Below are positions 28,779-45,072 of a DNA stretch of 64,000 nt, one piece after another. The stretch is from Rubripirellula sp. Its GTDB lineage: Bacteria; Planctomycetota; Planctomycetia; Pirellulales; Pirellulaceae. Location of the stretch: NCBI GenBank assembly GCA_965216875.1, contig OZ244207.1, positions 6,528,001-6,592,000 of the forward strand, read 5' to 3'. The translations under genes and the position numbers were made by a program. Each line of letters begins with the position of its first letter. The stretch's first letter is position 1. Below the pieces are notes generated by a model. That model worked only from the letters and a program-made list of their open reading frames with translations, had not been told where the DNA came from and ran no database searches.

Positions 28779-31700
28779 ATGGCAACCACGACCAAGCGTC
28801 GCCTTGAGCCCACTAGTGTTCGTCATTTCGGAACGGGACTCGGATCGTTCGAGCTACCCGACCTGACTGCGCTGCAAACTGTTTCTTATTCCGCTTTCCT
28901 TCAGGAAGAAGCCGATCCGAAAAAACGTAAGGATCATGGCTTGGAAAGCGTTCTCCGCGAGATTTTCCCGATCAGCAGCTATGACGGGAACACCACGCTT
29001 GAGTACCTGTACTACGAACTCGGCAAACCTCGCTATACCAGTCAAGAGTGCCGTCAGTTGCGTCTGACCTACGGTCGGCCACTGCGCATTTGGTTGCGAC
29101 TGAATCGCGAAGAACCACGCGAGGAAGAAGTCTATCTGGGTGACCTGCCGATCATGATGGGTGGCGGTGAGTTCATCATCAACGGTGCCGAGCGCGTCGT
29201 GGTGAGCCAGTTGCACCGAAGCCCCGGTGTCGACTTTGTTCTCGAGCAAGACACCACGACCGATCGCAAGCTGCCAAGTTGCCGCGTGATCCCAGAGCGT
29301 GGTTCGTGGATCGAAGTCAACGTCACCAAGAAAGACGCGCTGACCGTCCGCATCGACCAAAGCGGCAAGTTCGCAGCGACGACGTTGCTGCGGGCAATGG
29401 ATCCAAAGTTCTCGACCGACGCCGATCTGCTCAACGCGTTCTACGAAACCGAAACGCTCAAGATCAGTGGCGGTCGCAGCGCTGCGAAAATCGAAGGCAA
29501 GATCGCAGTCGATGACGTCGTTTACCCAAGTGACAGCGATCGCGCCGGCGAAATCATCGTCGAAGCAGGTCACAAGATCACCAAGGAGGTCGCCGAAACG
29601 ATCTGCACCGCTGGTGTCAAATCGATCGACGCAATGGAATCGCCAAAGATTCCTTTGATCTTCAACACGTTGGCTGAAGACAACACCGCCAGTCACGAAG
29701 AGGCTTTGCTGCGTATCTACCAACGCCTGCGTCCCGGTAACCCGCCGCAGCTTGAAAAAGCACGCACGCTGTTCACTGAAAAGTTCTACGACGAAAACCG
29801 TTACCGCCTCGGCAAGGTGGGTCGTTTCCGCTTGAACCGCAAACTCGATCTTGGCGTCAGCGAGTCCGAAATGACTCTGCGCCCCGACGACATGATCGCG
29901 GCGATTCGCTACTTGATCGATCTGTTCGACACCGAAAGTGGTGCCGAGATCGACGACATTGACCACTTGGGTAATCGTCGTCTGCGAACGATTGACGAAC
30001 TGGCTTGCGAAGAACTACGCAAAGGCTTCCTGAAGCTTCGTCGTACTGTCCAGGAACGAATGAGCATCAAAGATGCCCAGGACATGTCGCCTCGTACGCT
30101 CATCAACCCCAAGAGTGTTTCAGCAGCGATCGACTACTTCTTTGGTCGCGGTGAACTCTCGCAAGTGGTTGACCAAACGAACCCGCTTAGCCAGTTGACT
30201 CACGAGCGACGCCTGTCGGCTCTTGGTCCTGGTGGTTTGAACCGAAAGCGTGCGGGCTTTGAAGTTCGTGACGTTCACATTTCGCACTACGGTCGTATCT
30301 GTCCAATTGAGACGCCTGAAGGTACGAACATTGGTCTGATCAGTTCGCTGGCGATTTACGCCGGTGTTGATGATTACGGATTCTTGGTCACGCCCTACCG
30401 CAAAATCAAAGAAGGTAAGGTGACTGAAGAAACCGTGTGGCTGCGGGCCGACGAAGAGAGTGAGTCGTACGTCGCTCCGGCCGATACCGAAGTCAACAGC
30501 GGTGCACTGGTTGCCGGGCCAAACATGATCGCCCGTTTCCGCAGTGACTTCGAAATCGTTCAGCCAACCCAGGTCGACTACATGGACGTTGCTCCATCGC
30601 AAATGGTCGGCGTCTCGGCTGGTTTGATTCCGTTCCTCGAGCACGATGATGCCAACCGTGCGTTGATGGGATCGAACATGCAGCGGCAAGCTGTGCCACT
30701 GTTGGTTGCTGAACCACCGATCGTCGGCACCGGTATGGAACGCGAAGTTGCACGCAACAGTGCGATGGTCGTTCGTGCTCGCCGCGCTGGCAAAGTGACT
30801 TACTGTGACTCGACTCGCATCGAGATCGGCAGCGATCACTACGACCTGAAGAAGTACCAAGGTTTGAACGAGCGAACTTGTTTGAACCAGCGTCCGATCG
30901 TCAACGTTGGCGACAAGGTCGAAAAGAATCAAATCATCGCCGACGGTGCCGCAACGCAAAACGGTGAACTCGCACTCGGTCGAAACGTGTTGGTCGGCTT
31001 CATGTCGTTCGACGGTTTCAACTACGAGGATGCGATCATCATCAGCGAAGAGTTGGTTCGCAACGACACTTACACTTCGATTCACATCGAAGACTTTGAC
31101 GTCGAAATTCGCGAAACCAAACTCGGCCGCGAAGAGTTCACTCGCGACATTCCGAACGTTTCCGAAAAGGCTCTTCGTAACCTCGACGAGTCAGGGATCG
31201 TTCAAGTCGGTACCTACGTCAAGCCAGGCGATATCCTTGTTGGTAAGGTCAGCCCGAAGAGCAAGACTGAACTGACACCGGAAGAAAAACTGTTGCACGC
31301 GATCTTTGGTCGTGCCGGTGAAGACGTCAAAAACGATTCGCTTGAAGTGCCCTCGGGCATCGAAGGGATCGTCATCGACACCCAGAAGTTCTCTCGCCGC
31401 TTGAGCTTGTCCGAAGACGAGCGAAAGATCTTCGAGAAAGAACTCAAGGACATGGAGACCGAGGGCAACGCCGAAATCGCAAGCTGCTTCGAAGCACTTG
31501 TTCGCGATCTCGAAGCTGCTGCTGGAAGCAAGCTGAAGGACGCAACCGGCACTCCTCTGGCCGACGGCCAAGATCCTAAGTTCGTTGCCGAACGAGCGAC
31601 CGCTTTCCGACTTGATCACGTCCTTGACCAAATCAAGAGCGAAGACAAGAAGAAAGAGGTCGAGAAGGTTTACCAACAGCAATGGGGTAACGTCGAAACC

Positions 31701-32501
31701 GCAATCGATGTTCGCGACCGCAAGCTCAACAGCATGAAGCGTGGTGACGAGCTACGCAGCGGCGTGCTTCAAATGGTCAAGGTTTACATCGCTACCAAGC
31801 GTGTGATCAGCGTCGGTGACAAGATGGCTGGTCGTCACGGTAATAAGGGTGTGATCGCAAAGATTTTGCCGATCGAAGACATGCCCTTCCTGCCTGATGG
31901 CACGCCAATCCAAATCATGCTCAACCCACTTGGTGTTCCTAGCCGAATGAACGTGGGTCAGATTCTCGAGACTCACCTCGGTTGGGCCGGTGCGAAGCTT
32001 GGTTTCCAAGCACTCACCCCCGTCTTTGACGGTGCGAGCGAGTCGGACATCAACGCGGCATTGGCCGAAGCTGGTCTGCCATCGCACGGAAAGATCCGTC
32101 TGCGTGACGGACGCACCGGCGAGCCGATGGAGCAAGAAACAACGGTTGGTTACATCTACATGCTCAAGCTGCACCACCTCGTCGACGACAAGGTGCACGC
32201 ACGAAGCACTGGGCCTTACTCGTTGATCACCCAACAACCTCTTGGCGGTAAGGCTCGCTTCGGCGGCCAACGCTTCGGAGAGATGGAAGTTTGGGCACTC
32301 GAAGCATACGGTGCCGCTTACATCTTGCAGGAGCTGTTGACGGTCAAGAGCGACGACGTCGAAGGCCGAACCAAGATCTACGAGTCGATGGTCAAGGGAG
32401 AAAACACTCTCGAGGCCGGCACACCTGCCAGCTTCGACGTGTTGACCAACGAGATTCGTGGTCTGGCTTTGAACATGCAATTGGAAAAGCGACCGATCTA
32501 G
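28779..32501 (+). CDS. rpoB: DNA-directed RNA polymerase subunit beta
   Basis: [42 protein letters not shown] and [26 protein letters not shown]. Confidence 0.99.
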   Translation: MATTTKRRLEPTSVRHFGTGLGSFELPDLTALQTVSYSAFLQEEADPKKRKDHGLESVLREIFPISSYDGNTTLEYLYYELGKPRYTSQECRQLRLTYGRPLRIWLRLNREEPREEEVYLGDLPIMMGGGEFIINGAERVVVSQLHRSPGVDFVLEQDTTTDRKLPSCRVIPERGSWIEVNVTKKDALTVRIDQSGKFAATTLLRAMDPKFSTDADLLNAFYETETLKISGGRSAAKIEGKIAVDDVVYPSDSDRAGEIIVEAGHKITKEVAETICTAGVKSIDAMESPKIPLIFNTLAEDNTASHEEALLRIYQRLRPGNPPQLEKARTLFTEKFYDENRYRLGKVGRFRLNRKLDLGVSESEMTLRPDDMIAAIRYLIDLFDTESGAEIDDIDHLGNRRLRTIDELACEELRKGFLKLRRTVQERMSIKDAQDMSPRTLINPKSVSAAIDYFFGRGELSQVVDQTNPLSQLTHERRLSALGPGGLNRKRAGFEVRDVHISHYGRICPIETPEGTNIGLISSLAIYAGVDDYGFLVTPYRKIKEGKVTEETVWLRADEESESYVAPADTEVNSGALVAGPNMIARFRSDFEIVQPTQVDYMDVAPSQMVGVSAGLIPFLEHDDANRALMGSNMQRQAVPLLVAEPPIVGTGMEREVARNSAMVVRARRAGKVTYCDSTRIEIGSDHYDLKKYQGLNERTCLNQRPIVNVGDKVEKNQIIADGAATQNGELALGRNVLVGFMSFDGFNYEDAIIISEELVRNDTYTSIHIEDFDVEIRETKLGREEFTRDIPNVSEKALRNLDESGIVQVGTYVKPGDILVGKVSPKSKTELTPEEKLLHAIFGRAGEDVKNDSLEVPSGIEGIVIDTQKFSRRLSLSEDERKIFEKELKDMETEGNAEIASCFEALVRDLEAAAGSKLKDATGTPLADGQDPKFVAERATAFRLDHVLDQIKSEDKKKEVEKVYQQQWGNVETAIDVRDRKLNSMKRGDELRSGVLQMVKVYIATKRVISVGDKMAGRHGNKGVIAKILPIEDMPFLPDGTPIQIMLNPLGVPSRMNVGQILETHLGWAGAKLGFQALTPVFDGASESDINAALAEAGLPSHGKIRLRDGRTGEPMEQETTVGYIYMLKLHHLVDDKVHARSTGPYSLITQQPLGGKARFGGQRFGEMEVWALEAYGAAYILQELLTVKSDDVEGRTKIYESMVKGENTLEAGTPASFDVLTNEIRGLALNMQLEKRPI

Positions 32502-32516
32502 GTCGCCGACTCAAGA

Positions 32517-32547
32517 TGCGAGCCGAAAAATCATCATTCGGCTCGCA
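32517..32547. other. Perfect 11-bp stem-loop in the rpoB-rpoC spacer
   Basis: TGCGAGCCGAA-N9-TTCGGCTCGCA with no adjacent U-tract. Confidence 0.55.
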
Positions 32548-32729
32548 CCAAGCCTCGGCCATCCAAAGCCCGGGACGCGACTCGCCTCCCAAACCAACAT
32601 CAACCAAATCACTTCATTTCGAATGACCTCGACAAACGCCCTGGTCGTTCTTTTTTAACACGCCAAATAAAGTCTCAATCTCGGAATTGGTTCCTCAAAG
32701 GGACCTGACCGCTTAGGAGCATTCATAAC

Positions 32730-37160
<4,431 letters not shown>

Positions 37161-37190
37161 GTCGGAACACCGAACGGTTGATCAAAACAC

Positions 37191-37229
37191 AAAGCGTTAC
37201 CTCGTCCTTCGATGAGGTAACGCTTTTTT
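37191..37229 (+). terminator. Rho-independent terminator of rpoBC
   Basis: AAAGCGTTACCTCGTC-CTTC-GATGAGGTAACGCTTTTTT hairpin with T-tract. The A-rich 5' side may make it bidirectional. Confidence 0.9.
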
Positions 37230-37269
37230 GTTGTTGCGGTGCGTGCGAGCACGCACCCTACGTTGACTC

Positions 37270-38538
37270 TCAGCCTTTGTCTCGCGTCATTGCGGCGAGG
37301 GCGGCGATGGTTGGGTCGGTGACCGCTCGGCTCGCTTCGTAGGCGGTGGTTTCGCCGCGGTAGACTCGAAGGGCGGCTGCTTCATTCAGTGTCAGCATGC
37401 CATGCTCCACCGCGATGTCTTGGATCTCGCCGGCCGATGCGTGACTCGCGATCGCAATGCTTAGCTCGCGATTCATGGTCATGATCTCAGGCAGACACGT
37501 CAGTGTTGTGAACCCGTCGGAGAAGCAGGTTTCGCACGCGTCGCTTTGGCAAAGCTGAGGCTTCTTGTCCCCCAATCGTTCCTTGATGCGATCGCTTACC
37601 GAAAGCTCTTCGCCAGTATCGATTGGCTTGTGGCATTCGGTGCAGAGATGGCGAATCAAACGTTGGTTGATCACGCCGATCAGCGAGCTAGCCAGGAACT
37701 TGGGATTCGTTCCGTACTGCATCATCGAATCGACTGCCTCGGCAGCCGTCTTTGCGTGCAAGGTCGCGAGCACAAGTTGGCCGCTCGCTCCCGCACGAAC
37801 TGCCGTGGACGCGGTGCGAGCATCGCGAATTTCGCCGATCATGATCACGTCGGGGCTGTGCCGCAGGACGGCCGCCAGCAGGTCGGCAAAGTCGAGGCCT
37901 GCGCGCAGATTGACTTGGGATTGCATGATGCCCGAAAGCGAATGCTCGATGGGGTCCTCAAGCGTGTGGATCTTGCGGGTCCCGTCATTGAGGTGATCGA
38001 TCGCGGCGTAGAGCGTGCTTGATTTACCACTGGCGACCGGTCCGGCGACCAGGATCAAACCGCTCGGCTGATCAAGCAGTTCCATCACCTGGGCGTATTC
38101 GCTTTCGTCCAATCCAAGGTGTGATAGCGAACGGGCACCACGCACCGGGTCAAACAAGCGGATCGCGACGTCTTGCCCATAAAGTGTCGGCATGCAACTC
38201 AGTCTCAGGTCGACAGTGCCTCCGTTAGGCGTCACGACAACACCGCGACCATCTGTAGGCCGAATCGTTTCGCCTGCGTCCGCGCCAGCAAGCACCTTTA
38301 GGTGTCCCTGCAGCTTATGACCGTAGTCGCGTGCGAGACGGCGAACGATTTCGATTTTGCCCAGGCGGCGAACGGAAACAACGACACTTCGTTCGGTGTC
38401 CGACACGAACAGATCGCTTGAATGCCGGTCGACCGCCCATTCAATCAGGTTGGATGCATAAATCTCGGGTGGGGTCAGTTCGATTTCACCTTCAAGACTA
38501 TCCATCTCGGTGAAATCGATTGCTTCGTCTTTGGACAC
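37270..38538 (-). CDS. GspE/PulE/PilB family secretion/pilus ATPase (short, no N1 domain)
   Basis: SSDLFV, DLRLS, Walker A GPVASGKSST, TLEDPIE, LRHSPDVIMIGEIRD, ATLHA and tetracysteine CTEC/CETC. Confidence 0.9.
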   Translation of the reverse strand: MSKDEAIDFTEMDSLEGEIELTPPEIYASNLIEWAVDRHSSDLFVSDTERSVVVSVRRLGKIEIVRRLARDYGHKLQGHLKVLAGADAGETIRPTDGRGVVVTPNGGTVDLRLSCMPTLYGQDVAIRLFDPVRGARSLSHLGLDESEYAQVMELLDQPSGLILVAGPVASGKSSTLYAAIDHLNDGTRKIHTLEDPIEHSLSGIMQSQVNLRAGLDFADLLAAVLRHSPDVIMIGEIRDARTASTAVRAGASGQLVLATLHAKTAAEAVDSMMQYGTNPKFLASSLIGVINQRLIRHLCTECHKPIDTGEELSVSDRIKERLGDKKPQLCQSDACETCFSDGFTTLTCLPEIMTMNRELSIAIASHASAGEIQDIAVEHGMLTLNEAAALRVYRGETTAYEASRAVTDPTIAALAAMTRDKG

Positions 38539-38846
38539 GGATAAGAGGTCCCCGGCAAAAAGTGGACAAGAATGGCGCGATGAATGTGGGATACAAAAAT
38601 GAGATCGCAGCAAGACTATGGACGATCGGCGCCCAGAATGCAAAGAAAACCCCGTTCCTGCGATCAATCGAATGTCTCAAAACGAAGCGCGGGCAGGGAG
38701 TCATCGGTCCCCCTTTGGGCGGAGTGTGGAGGCGCAGAATTGAATGCCCGATTGACGAATCGGCTTGATGTGGGCCAATCTTGGCCATGATCTTTGCGCA
38801 AACGCGCGAAGATGAAGATGAACCACTTCACATTTGTCCACAGCGC

Positions 38847-40301
38847 ATGCTCAGTTCCGACAACAAACTGATACGAACTTGCTCGGCCGACCCCGCCGGT
38901 CTGTTGAAGGAATTTTTTGGCTACGACTCGTTTCGCAAGTCGCAGGCCGATGTGATCGAGCATGTCATGGCGGGGAATCACGCGATGGTCGTGATGCCAA
39001 CGGGGATGGGCAAATCGATCTGTTACCAAATCCCCGCGCTGACTTGCGCTGGCGATGAATTGGTTCTCGTCCTTTCGCCACTCATCGCCTTGATGCAGGA
39101 CCAAGTCGACTCATTAACGCGTCGCGGGATCGATGCAACGTTCATCAATTCATCGCTTGGCCGCCAGCAGCGCGAGCAGCGCTACGCAGGGATCGCAGAA
39201 GGTAAATACAAGCTCGTCTATGTCACCCCCGAGCGTTTTCGCAAACCGGAATTCCTCGAAGTCCTCGCGCAACGCAAGATCTGGTTGTTGGCCGTGGATG
39301 AAGCGCACTGCGTGAGTCAGTGGGGTCACGACTTTAGGCCGGACTATTCGCGGCTTAAAGAAATCCGCGAGCGATTGGGTAATCCGACCACGATCGCGTT
39401 GACCGCAACCGCCACAGCCGAGTGCCGTGAAGACATCTATCATCAGATGGGAATCGCCCGAGATGAGATCAAGCTGTTTCATGAAGGGATCGATCGTCCC
39501 AACTTGTCGCTCGAAGTGACCGATGTGTGGGACGATGACAGCAAGCTCGAGGCGATCTGCAAATCGCTGGACGACGAGGCCTATAAAGAAGGTAGCGTGA
39601 TCGTCTATTTCTCGTTGATCAAGACCCTGCAGCGATTCAGTGATTTGTTGTTGGCCAAAAACTACGATCACGTCTGCTACCACGGCGATCTGCCCCGCAA
39701 TCACAGGCGTCAGATCCAGGACGAGTTCATGAACGGTAATGCCGATGTGGTGCTTGCGACCAACGCGTTTGGCATGGGGGTCGACAAGCAAGACATCCGC
39801 ATCGTGATTCATGCCGAGACGCCAGGTTCGATCGAATCGTACTACCAGGAAATCGGTCGCGCCGGCCGCGATGATCTGCCTAGTCTGTGCCAGTGGTTGT
39901 ACGACCAAAACGACCTGATGACGCAGATGCAGTTCATCGAGTGGTCCAACCCCGAGGCCGATTTCTACTCGCGTCTTTGGACTCGGTTGACCGAAGACAA
40001 CGAGAAATGCCGAGCGTTTGGTTTGGATTGGCTCAACGAGCGGCTGCAGAAAGTCAGCAAGCACGACCATCGATTGTCGACCTCGATCGCGATGCTCGAC
40101 CGCCAGGGTGTGGTCGCGGGACCTCGGCCGCCGGAGTGTTTCGAGGTGATCGGTGAGCTGCCCCCCGAATTCCTGGACGACGAATACCTTGCTGAAAAGA
40201 AACGCCGAGACCAACAGCGGCTCTACGCGATGGTCCAGTTGGCTGGCGAAATGGGAGATCGGAAAGAGTTTCTGAACCGATACTTCCTCGGAGAGGGCTG
40301 A
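38847..40301 (+). CDS. RecQ family ATP-dependent DNA helicase (short form, no HRDC)
   Basis: [50 protein letters not shown] and [11 protein letters not shown]. Confidence 0.93.
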   Translation: MLSSDNKLIRTCSADPAGLLKEFFGYDSFRKSQADVIEHVMAGNHAMVVMPTGMGKSICYQIPALTCAGDELVLVLSPLIALMQDQVDSLTRRGIDATFINSSLGRQQREQRYAGIAEGKYKLVYVTPERFRKPEFLEVLAQRKIWLLAVDEAHCVSQWGHDFRPDYSRLKEIRERLGNPTTIALTATATAECREDIYHQMGIARDEIKLFHEGIDRPNLSLEVTDVWDDDSKLEAICKSLDDEAYKEGSVIVYFSLIKTLQRFSDLLLAKNYDHVCYHGDLPRNHRRQIQDEFMNGNADVVLATNAFGMGVDKQDIRIVIHAETPGSIESYYQEIGRAGRDDLPSLCQWLYDQNDLMTQMQFIEWSNPEADFYSRLWTRLTEDNEKCRAFGLDWLNERLQKVSKHDHRLSTSIAMLDRQGVVAGPRPPECFEVIGELPPEFLDDEYLAEKKRRDQQRLYAMVQLAGEMGDRKEFLNRYFLGEG

Positions 40302-40386
40302 AAAGGCCGCAAATGACTGCAAATCGGGGCGTTTCGGCCGTGAACAAGCCTACCCGTTATTGGGTCCTGATGGGTATCCTGTGGCG

Positions 40387-40554
40387 ATGCCATTTCACTC
40401 GAGCGAAACGATTTTCACGACCCAAACCTTGCTTTGGTTGGCAGCCAGCTTGGTCGCGGCGACTTTGTTGTTTGGATCGATCAACCGTCGACGTTCCAAG
40501 CTGACCGATGTGCTGCGTGATTTTGTCAACCGAAACAAGGATGGCAAGGATTAG
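40387..40554 (+). CDS. Small single-pass membrane protein
   Basis: 55 aa with one hydrophobic helix (LLWLAASLVAATLLFGSI) followed by a basic RRR cluster. Fills the recQ-miaB gap. Confidence 0.5.
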   Translation: MPFHSSETIFTTQTLLWLAASLVAATLLFGSINRRRSKLTDVLRDFVNRNKDGKD

Positions 40555-40648
40555 GTGGCTCGAATCCAAGCCACCTGAACTTTTTGATTCAACCTACAAT
40601 CCGCTGTCTTCTCTGCCATAAGCCGGAATCGGACCACACCATACAACG

Positions 40649-42061
40649 ATGAGCAAACGCGTTTACATCAAAACCGTTGGCTGCCAAATGAATGTTTTGG
40701 ACAGCGAGATGGTCATCGCCGACCTCAAACGCCACGGTTATACCGTTGTCGAGACGCCGGCCGAGGCTGATTGCGTTCTTTACAACACTTGCAGTGTGCG
40801 CGAGAACGCCGAAGAAAAGATCTACAGCGCGCTCGGCACGGTGCGTCTTGAAAAGGAACGTCACCCCGAAAAGACCATCGGCGTGATGGGTTGCATGGCG
40901 CAAAAGGACCAGCAGCTGATCTTTGACCGCGCGCCTTATGTCGACATGGTGGTCGGTCCAGGTCAGCTTCACACCATTCCTGACTTGCTTGACAAAGTGC
41001 AGCGTGGTGAGGGACGCCAGATGGCCGTCTCCCTTTCACGCACCAGCGGAAAGCAATCGTTGATCGCTCGCAGCCACGAGACGTTTGATCCGCTGCGTGA
41101 CCCAACGATGCGACCGACTCCGTTCCAGGCTTACTTGCGCATCCAGATCGGTTGCGATAAGTTCTGTACCTACTGCGTTGTGCCCAACACGCGTGGTCCG
41201 GAACAGGGACGCCCTCCACAGCAGATCGTTTCCGAAGCCCGTACGCTTGCCGATCAAGGCTGTCGCGAAATCACACTGCTTGGCCAAACGGTCAACAGTT
41301 ACAAGTTCAAAGACGACGACCACACCACCGATCTCGCCGGATTGCTCGAGCAACTGCATGAGATTGACGGGATCGAGCGAATCAAATTTGTCACCAGTTA
41401 TCCCAAGGATATGACCGAGCGGTTGTTGGTGACGGTGCGAGACCTTCCGAAGTGTTCGCCCTATTTACACGTCCCCGCGCAAAGTGGGTCGGACGAAGTC
41501 CTTAAACGGATGAAACGTGGTTACACCGTCGCGCAGTACATGGAGATGTTCGAACGCATCGAGCGAGTGATGCCCGAGGCGGCAGTCAGCAGCGACTTTA
41601 TCGTTGGTTTCTGTGGCGAAACCGAAGACGATTTTCAAAAGACCGTCAAGTTGGTCGAACGTTGCCGATTCAAGAACAGCTTCATCTTCCAATACAGCGT
41701 TCGGGCAGGCACAAAAGCATCCGAGCGATTGGAAGACGACATTCCGCGCGAGGTCAAAGCGCGACGTAACAATGAGCTTCTTGAGATCCAGAATGCGATT
41801 TCGAAGGAAGATAACTCCAAACTGGTCGGCAGCGACGTCGGAGTGCTCGTTGAAGGACCAAGCAAGAAGGGGCAGAAGGCAGATGGTTCAAGCGAGATCG
41901 TGCAGATGACCGGACGCACCCACTGTGACCGGATTGTCGTCTTCGACGGAAATCGCCGCCAAGCTGGCCAACTGCTTACGATCCATGTTGACGATGCGAG
42001 TAGTCACACTTTGATCGGTCGCGTGAACACTGTGGAAGTTGTCACGATCGGAAATCTCTAG
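40649..42061 (+). CDS. miaB: tRNA-2-methylthio-N6-dimethylallyladenosine synthase
   Basis: TVGCQMNVLDS, NTCSVRENAE, radical SAM CDKFCTYC, SDFIVGF and a TRAM domain. Confidence 0.96.
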   Translation: MSKRVYIKTVGCQMNVLDSEMVIADLKRHGYTVVETPAEADCVLYNTCSVRENAEEKIYSALGTVRLEKERHPEKTIGVMGCMAQKDQQLIFDRAPYVDMVVGPGQLHTIPDLLDKVQRGEGRQMAVSLSRTSGKQSLIARSHETFDPLRDPTMRPTPFQAYLRIQIGCDKFCTYCVVPNTRGPEQGRPPQQIVSEARTLADQGCREITLLGQTVNSYKFKDDDHTTDLAGLLEQLHEIDGIERIKFVTSYPKDMTERLLVTVRDLPKCSPYLHVPAQSGSDEVLKRMKRGYTVAQYMEMFERIERVMPEAAVSSDFIVGFCGETEDDFQKTVKLVERCRFKNSFIFQYSVRAGTKASERLEDDIPREVKARRNNELLEIQNAISKEDNSKLVGSDVGVLVEGPSKKGQKADGSSEIVQMTGRTHCDRIVVFDGNRRQAGQLLTIHVDDASSHTLIGRVNTVEVVTIGNL

Positions 42062-42224
42062 CAAACTCTCGGCCGAGTGAGTCCAGCGGGCGACTCCATC
42101 GGTTCAGCCTCGTCTGCTAATGCACCGCAACGAATTTGAACCGGCGTCGACGGAGCCGTGTACGCGCTCATCGATTCCTCAACTTTTTGATTCCCAACCA
42201 TTCGTTTGCCCGAGGCGGGCTGCC

Positions 42225-43463
42225 GTGACCAGCGAAATCATCTCTGAAACTTTGGATAACGGACTGACGGTATTGGTACAGCCGATGCCGTGGCAACGCA
42301 CCGCTGCGCTATCACTTTCGATACGAGCGGGTGTCCAGCTTGAAGAGGATAAACGTCGCGGGCTAAGTGGCTTGGTCTGTGAGATGGTTCAGCGCGGCGC
42401 CGGCCAATACAGCAGTCGCGATCTGGTCGCCGTTCAGGATAACTTGGGGATTGATCGCCACTCGGGCGTGTCGACAGCGATGGTTTCCTTTGGTGCGGCG
42501 ATGCCTGCGGAGTCGTTTTCACAAGCACTTGCGCTCTATGCGGAAATTGTTCGTCGGCCGCACCTGCCCGAAGATCAGCTCGACGACGCTCGCATGATGT
42601 CGATGCAGGAGCTGCGAGCGATCGAAGACGAACCGACGCATCGTGTCATGCGACGCCTTCGCGAAATGCAGTATGGTCAACGACTTGGCCGATCGATCTT
42701 CGGAACGACCGACGGATTGGCTCATATTGAACAACAAGATGTTCAGGGCTTTTTCGAGCGGAACTACAACGCGGGCGACGCGATCCTTGCCGTTGCTGGT
42801 AACGTGCAAGCTGCTGATGTGGTCAAGTTGGTGGAGGACGCGTTTGGGGATTGGCACAGCGGACCATCAGCACCGCCAGACGAACCCACCGGCGGGAAGG
42901 CTTATGAGCACATCACGGCGCCATCGAGTCAAACGCATATCGGGGTTTCTTTTGAATCGATTCCGTACGGCCATGAAGACTACTTTCGAATGCGCGCCGG
43001 AATTGGCATCCTTTCCGATGGGATGAGCAGCCGGTTGTTTGACCGCGTGCGAGAGAAGCAGGGTCTGTGTTACACCGTTAGCGCGAGTTGCCATTCACTC
43101 AAGAATGTCGGCGGCGTCTTCTGTTACGCAGGCACGACACCCGAACGAGCTCAACGCACTCTCGACACGACGCTTGGCGAAATCGAGCACTTGATGGATG
43201 ACATGACTGAAAGCGAGCTCGATCGCTGGAAGGTCCGCATCCAAAGCAGTTTGATCATGGAGCAAGAATCGAGCGCCTCGCGCGCGGCGTCACTTGCGTC
43301 CGACCACTATCAACTTGGTCGCACGATGCCAACCGAGGAACTCGAGTCGAAGATCGAGTCGCTAACGCTTGAGTGCATTCGTGACTATTGGTTGTCACAT
43401 CGCCCCTGTGATTACCGCGCCGTCACCTTGGGGCCCGATCCGCTAACCGTCCCGGGTCAATAG
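42225..43463 (+). CDS. M16 (pitrilysin) family peptidase, non-catalytic subunit
   Basis: M16 fold lacking HxxEH, with SSRLFDRVREKQGLCY (R/Y pair). Confidence 0.88.
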   Translation: MTSEIISETLDNGLTVLVQPMPWQRTAALSLSIRAGVQLEEDKRRGLSGLVCEMVQRGAGQYSSRDLVAVQDNLGIDRHSGVSTAMVSFGAAMPAESFSQALALYAEIVRRPHLPEDQLDDARMMSMQELRAIEDEPTHRVMRRLREMQYGQRLGRSIFGTTDGLAHIEQQDVQGFFERNYNAGDAILAVAGNVQAADVVKLVEDAFGDWHSGPSAPPDEPTGGKAYEHITAPSSQTHIGVSFESIPYGHEDYFRMRAGIGILSDGMSSRLFDRVREKQGLCYTVSASCHSLKNVGGVFCYAGTTPERAQRTLDTTLGEIEHLMDDMTESELDRWKVRIQSSLIMEQESSASRAASLASDHYQLGRTMPTEELESKIESLTLECIRDYWLSHRPCDYRAVTLGPDPLTVPGQ

Positions 43464-43517
43464 TCCGGAAGCGGAAGCGAAAAACGAACAAACCAACACT
43501 TCAACATACGTTTCATC

Positions 43518-44753
43518 ATGCCCGAATTTCGCGAGACCACCCTACCCAGCGGCCTGCGTGTTGTTGCCGAGATCGACAAGCGTGGGTATTCGGCAGCGTT
43601 TGGTTACTTTGTTCAGGCGGGCTCGCGAAATGAGGTCGACATCGAGTCGGGGCTGAGCCACTTCCTCGAACACATGATGTTCAAAGGAACCGCGCGTCGA
43701 TCGGCCGAGGACGTCAACCGTGAACTCGACGAACTTGGCGGTCAAAGCAACGCTTACACGACTGAGGAACAAACTGTCTATTACGCAACGGTGCTGCCAA
43801 AGTTCCAGGATCGGATCATCGATCTGTTGACGGACATGCTAAGCCCGTCCCTCGAAGATCACGAGTTTGACACCGAACGAAACGTGATTCTTGAAGAGAT
43901 CGCAAAGTACGAAGATCAACCACCGTTCGGTGCATTCGAACGGGCGATGGAGATTCACTTTGGCCCGAGAGGAATCGGACGCCGCGTGCTGGGGACTTCG
44001 GAATCGATCGAGGTGATGACCGCCGACGCAATGCGCGACTACTTCAATCGTCGTTACCGTCCCGAGAACATTGTGCTGGCCGCCAGTGGCAATGTCGACT
44101 TTGACGGACTTTGCGAATCGGTCGAGCAGCAAACCAAGGCGTGGTCATCACGAACGGTTGCTACGCAACTCGATCAAGATGATGCATCGACGCTTCCCGA
44201 TGGCATTCAACTTGATCCAAAGCTGACCGTCGCCGAAGCGAACCAGGCCTACCAAGTCCGCATGCGACCAGGCCCAAGTTTGGCGAGTCACGACCGGTTC
44301 GCGGTTCGCATTCTCGCATCGATCCTTGGCGACGAGGGTGGCAGCCGTTTGTTTTGGGAACTGATTGACACCGGACGCGCCGAAGTCGCAACCGTTTGGC
44401 CGCAAGAGTTCACCGACACCGGGGCGTGGTTCAGCTACATGATTTGCTCGCCAGAAGACGTGGCCGAGAATCAAAGCGTTGTCGATGAAGTGATTCGAAC
44501 TGCAGCAAGTGATGGCATCCAAGCGGAAGAGCTCGAGCAGGCTGTCAACAAAGCGAGCGCGGCATGCATCATGCAATCGGAACGGCCAAGCAATCGGTTG
44601 TTTGGTTTGGGAAGTCGTTGGCTGACTTGCAACGAATACTTCAGCACCGATGACTTGCTTGATCGTTTCAAGAAGCTCGATGTTGACGAAGTGTCGACGG
44701 CTGCAAAGACCTATCTCGGCGCGACAACAACCGACGTGGTCGCCGCACCGTAA
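43518..44753 (+). CDS. M16 (pitrilysin) family zinc peptidase, catalytic subunit
   Basis: GLSHFLEHMMFKGT (HxxEH), NAYT and ERNVILEE. Confidence 0.93.
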   Translation: MPEFRETTLPSGLRVVAEIDKRGYSAAFGYFVQAGSRNEVDIESGLSHFLEHMMFKGTARRSAEDVNRELDELGGQSNAYTTEEQTVYYATVLPKFQDRIIDLLTDMLSPSLEDHEFDTERNVILEEIAKYEDQPPFGAFERAMEIHFGPRGIGRRVLGTSESIEVMTADAMRDYFNRRYRPENIVLAASGNVDFDGLCESVEQQTKAWSSRTVATQLDQDDASTLPDGIQLDPKLTVAEANQAYQVRMRPGPSLASHDRFAVRILASILGDEGGSRLFWELIDTGRAEVATVWPQEFTDTGAWFSYMICSPEDVAENQSVVDEVIRTAASDGIQAEELEQAVNKASAACIMQSERPSNRLFGLGSRWLTCNEYFSTDDLLDRFKKLDVDEVSTAAKTYLGATTTDVVAAP

Positions 44754-45072
44754 TCGTGACGTCCGGGCTTTTGGCTTCCGCTGTAGGGTGTGTGCTTGCA
44801 CGCACCCGGCAAAACATCAATTCTCACCAACCCTTCAAGCAAAAAAAGAACGCAGACATCAATTGACGTCTGCGTCCGTAAAATAACCCGGGTTGAAAAT
44901 ATGATTCAGGAAGAAGGTGGAGATCGAAAAGATGAGATGGAGTGGGCACACCAGATGAGTGTTTCGACCCGCTTGGCAATCGCCACGGCGGATGGTGTTA
45001 GCGACAACCGTCGCTCTCCTGAATGCGTAAGAATATAGACAGGACCTACCGGTTGTAAAAGGGTGATTCAGC

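Noticed and set aside
38572..38590. sigma54-like TGGCGCGATGAATGT upstream of recQ
   Set aside because: The -12 element is GT rather than the near-invariant GC.
44754..45072. Small ORFs or ncRNA between the M16 pair and the hypothetical gene
   Set aside because: No convincing RBS, coding signal or recognisable RNA structure.
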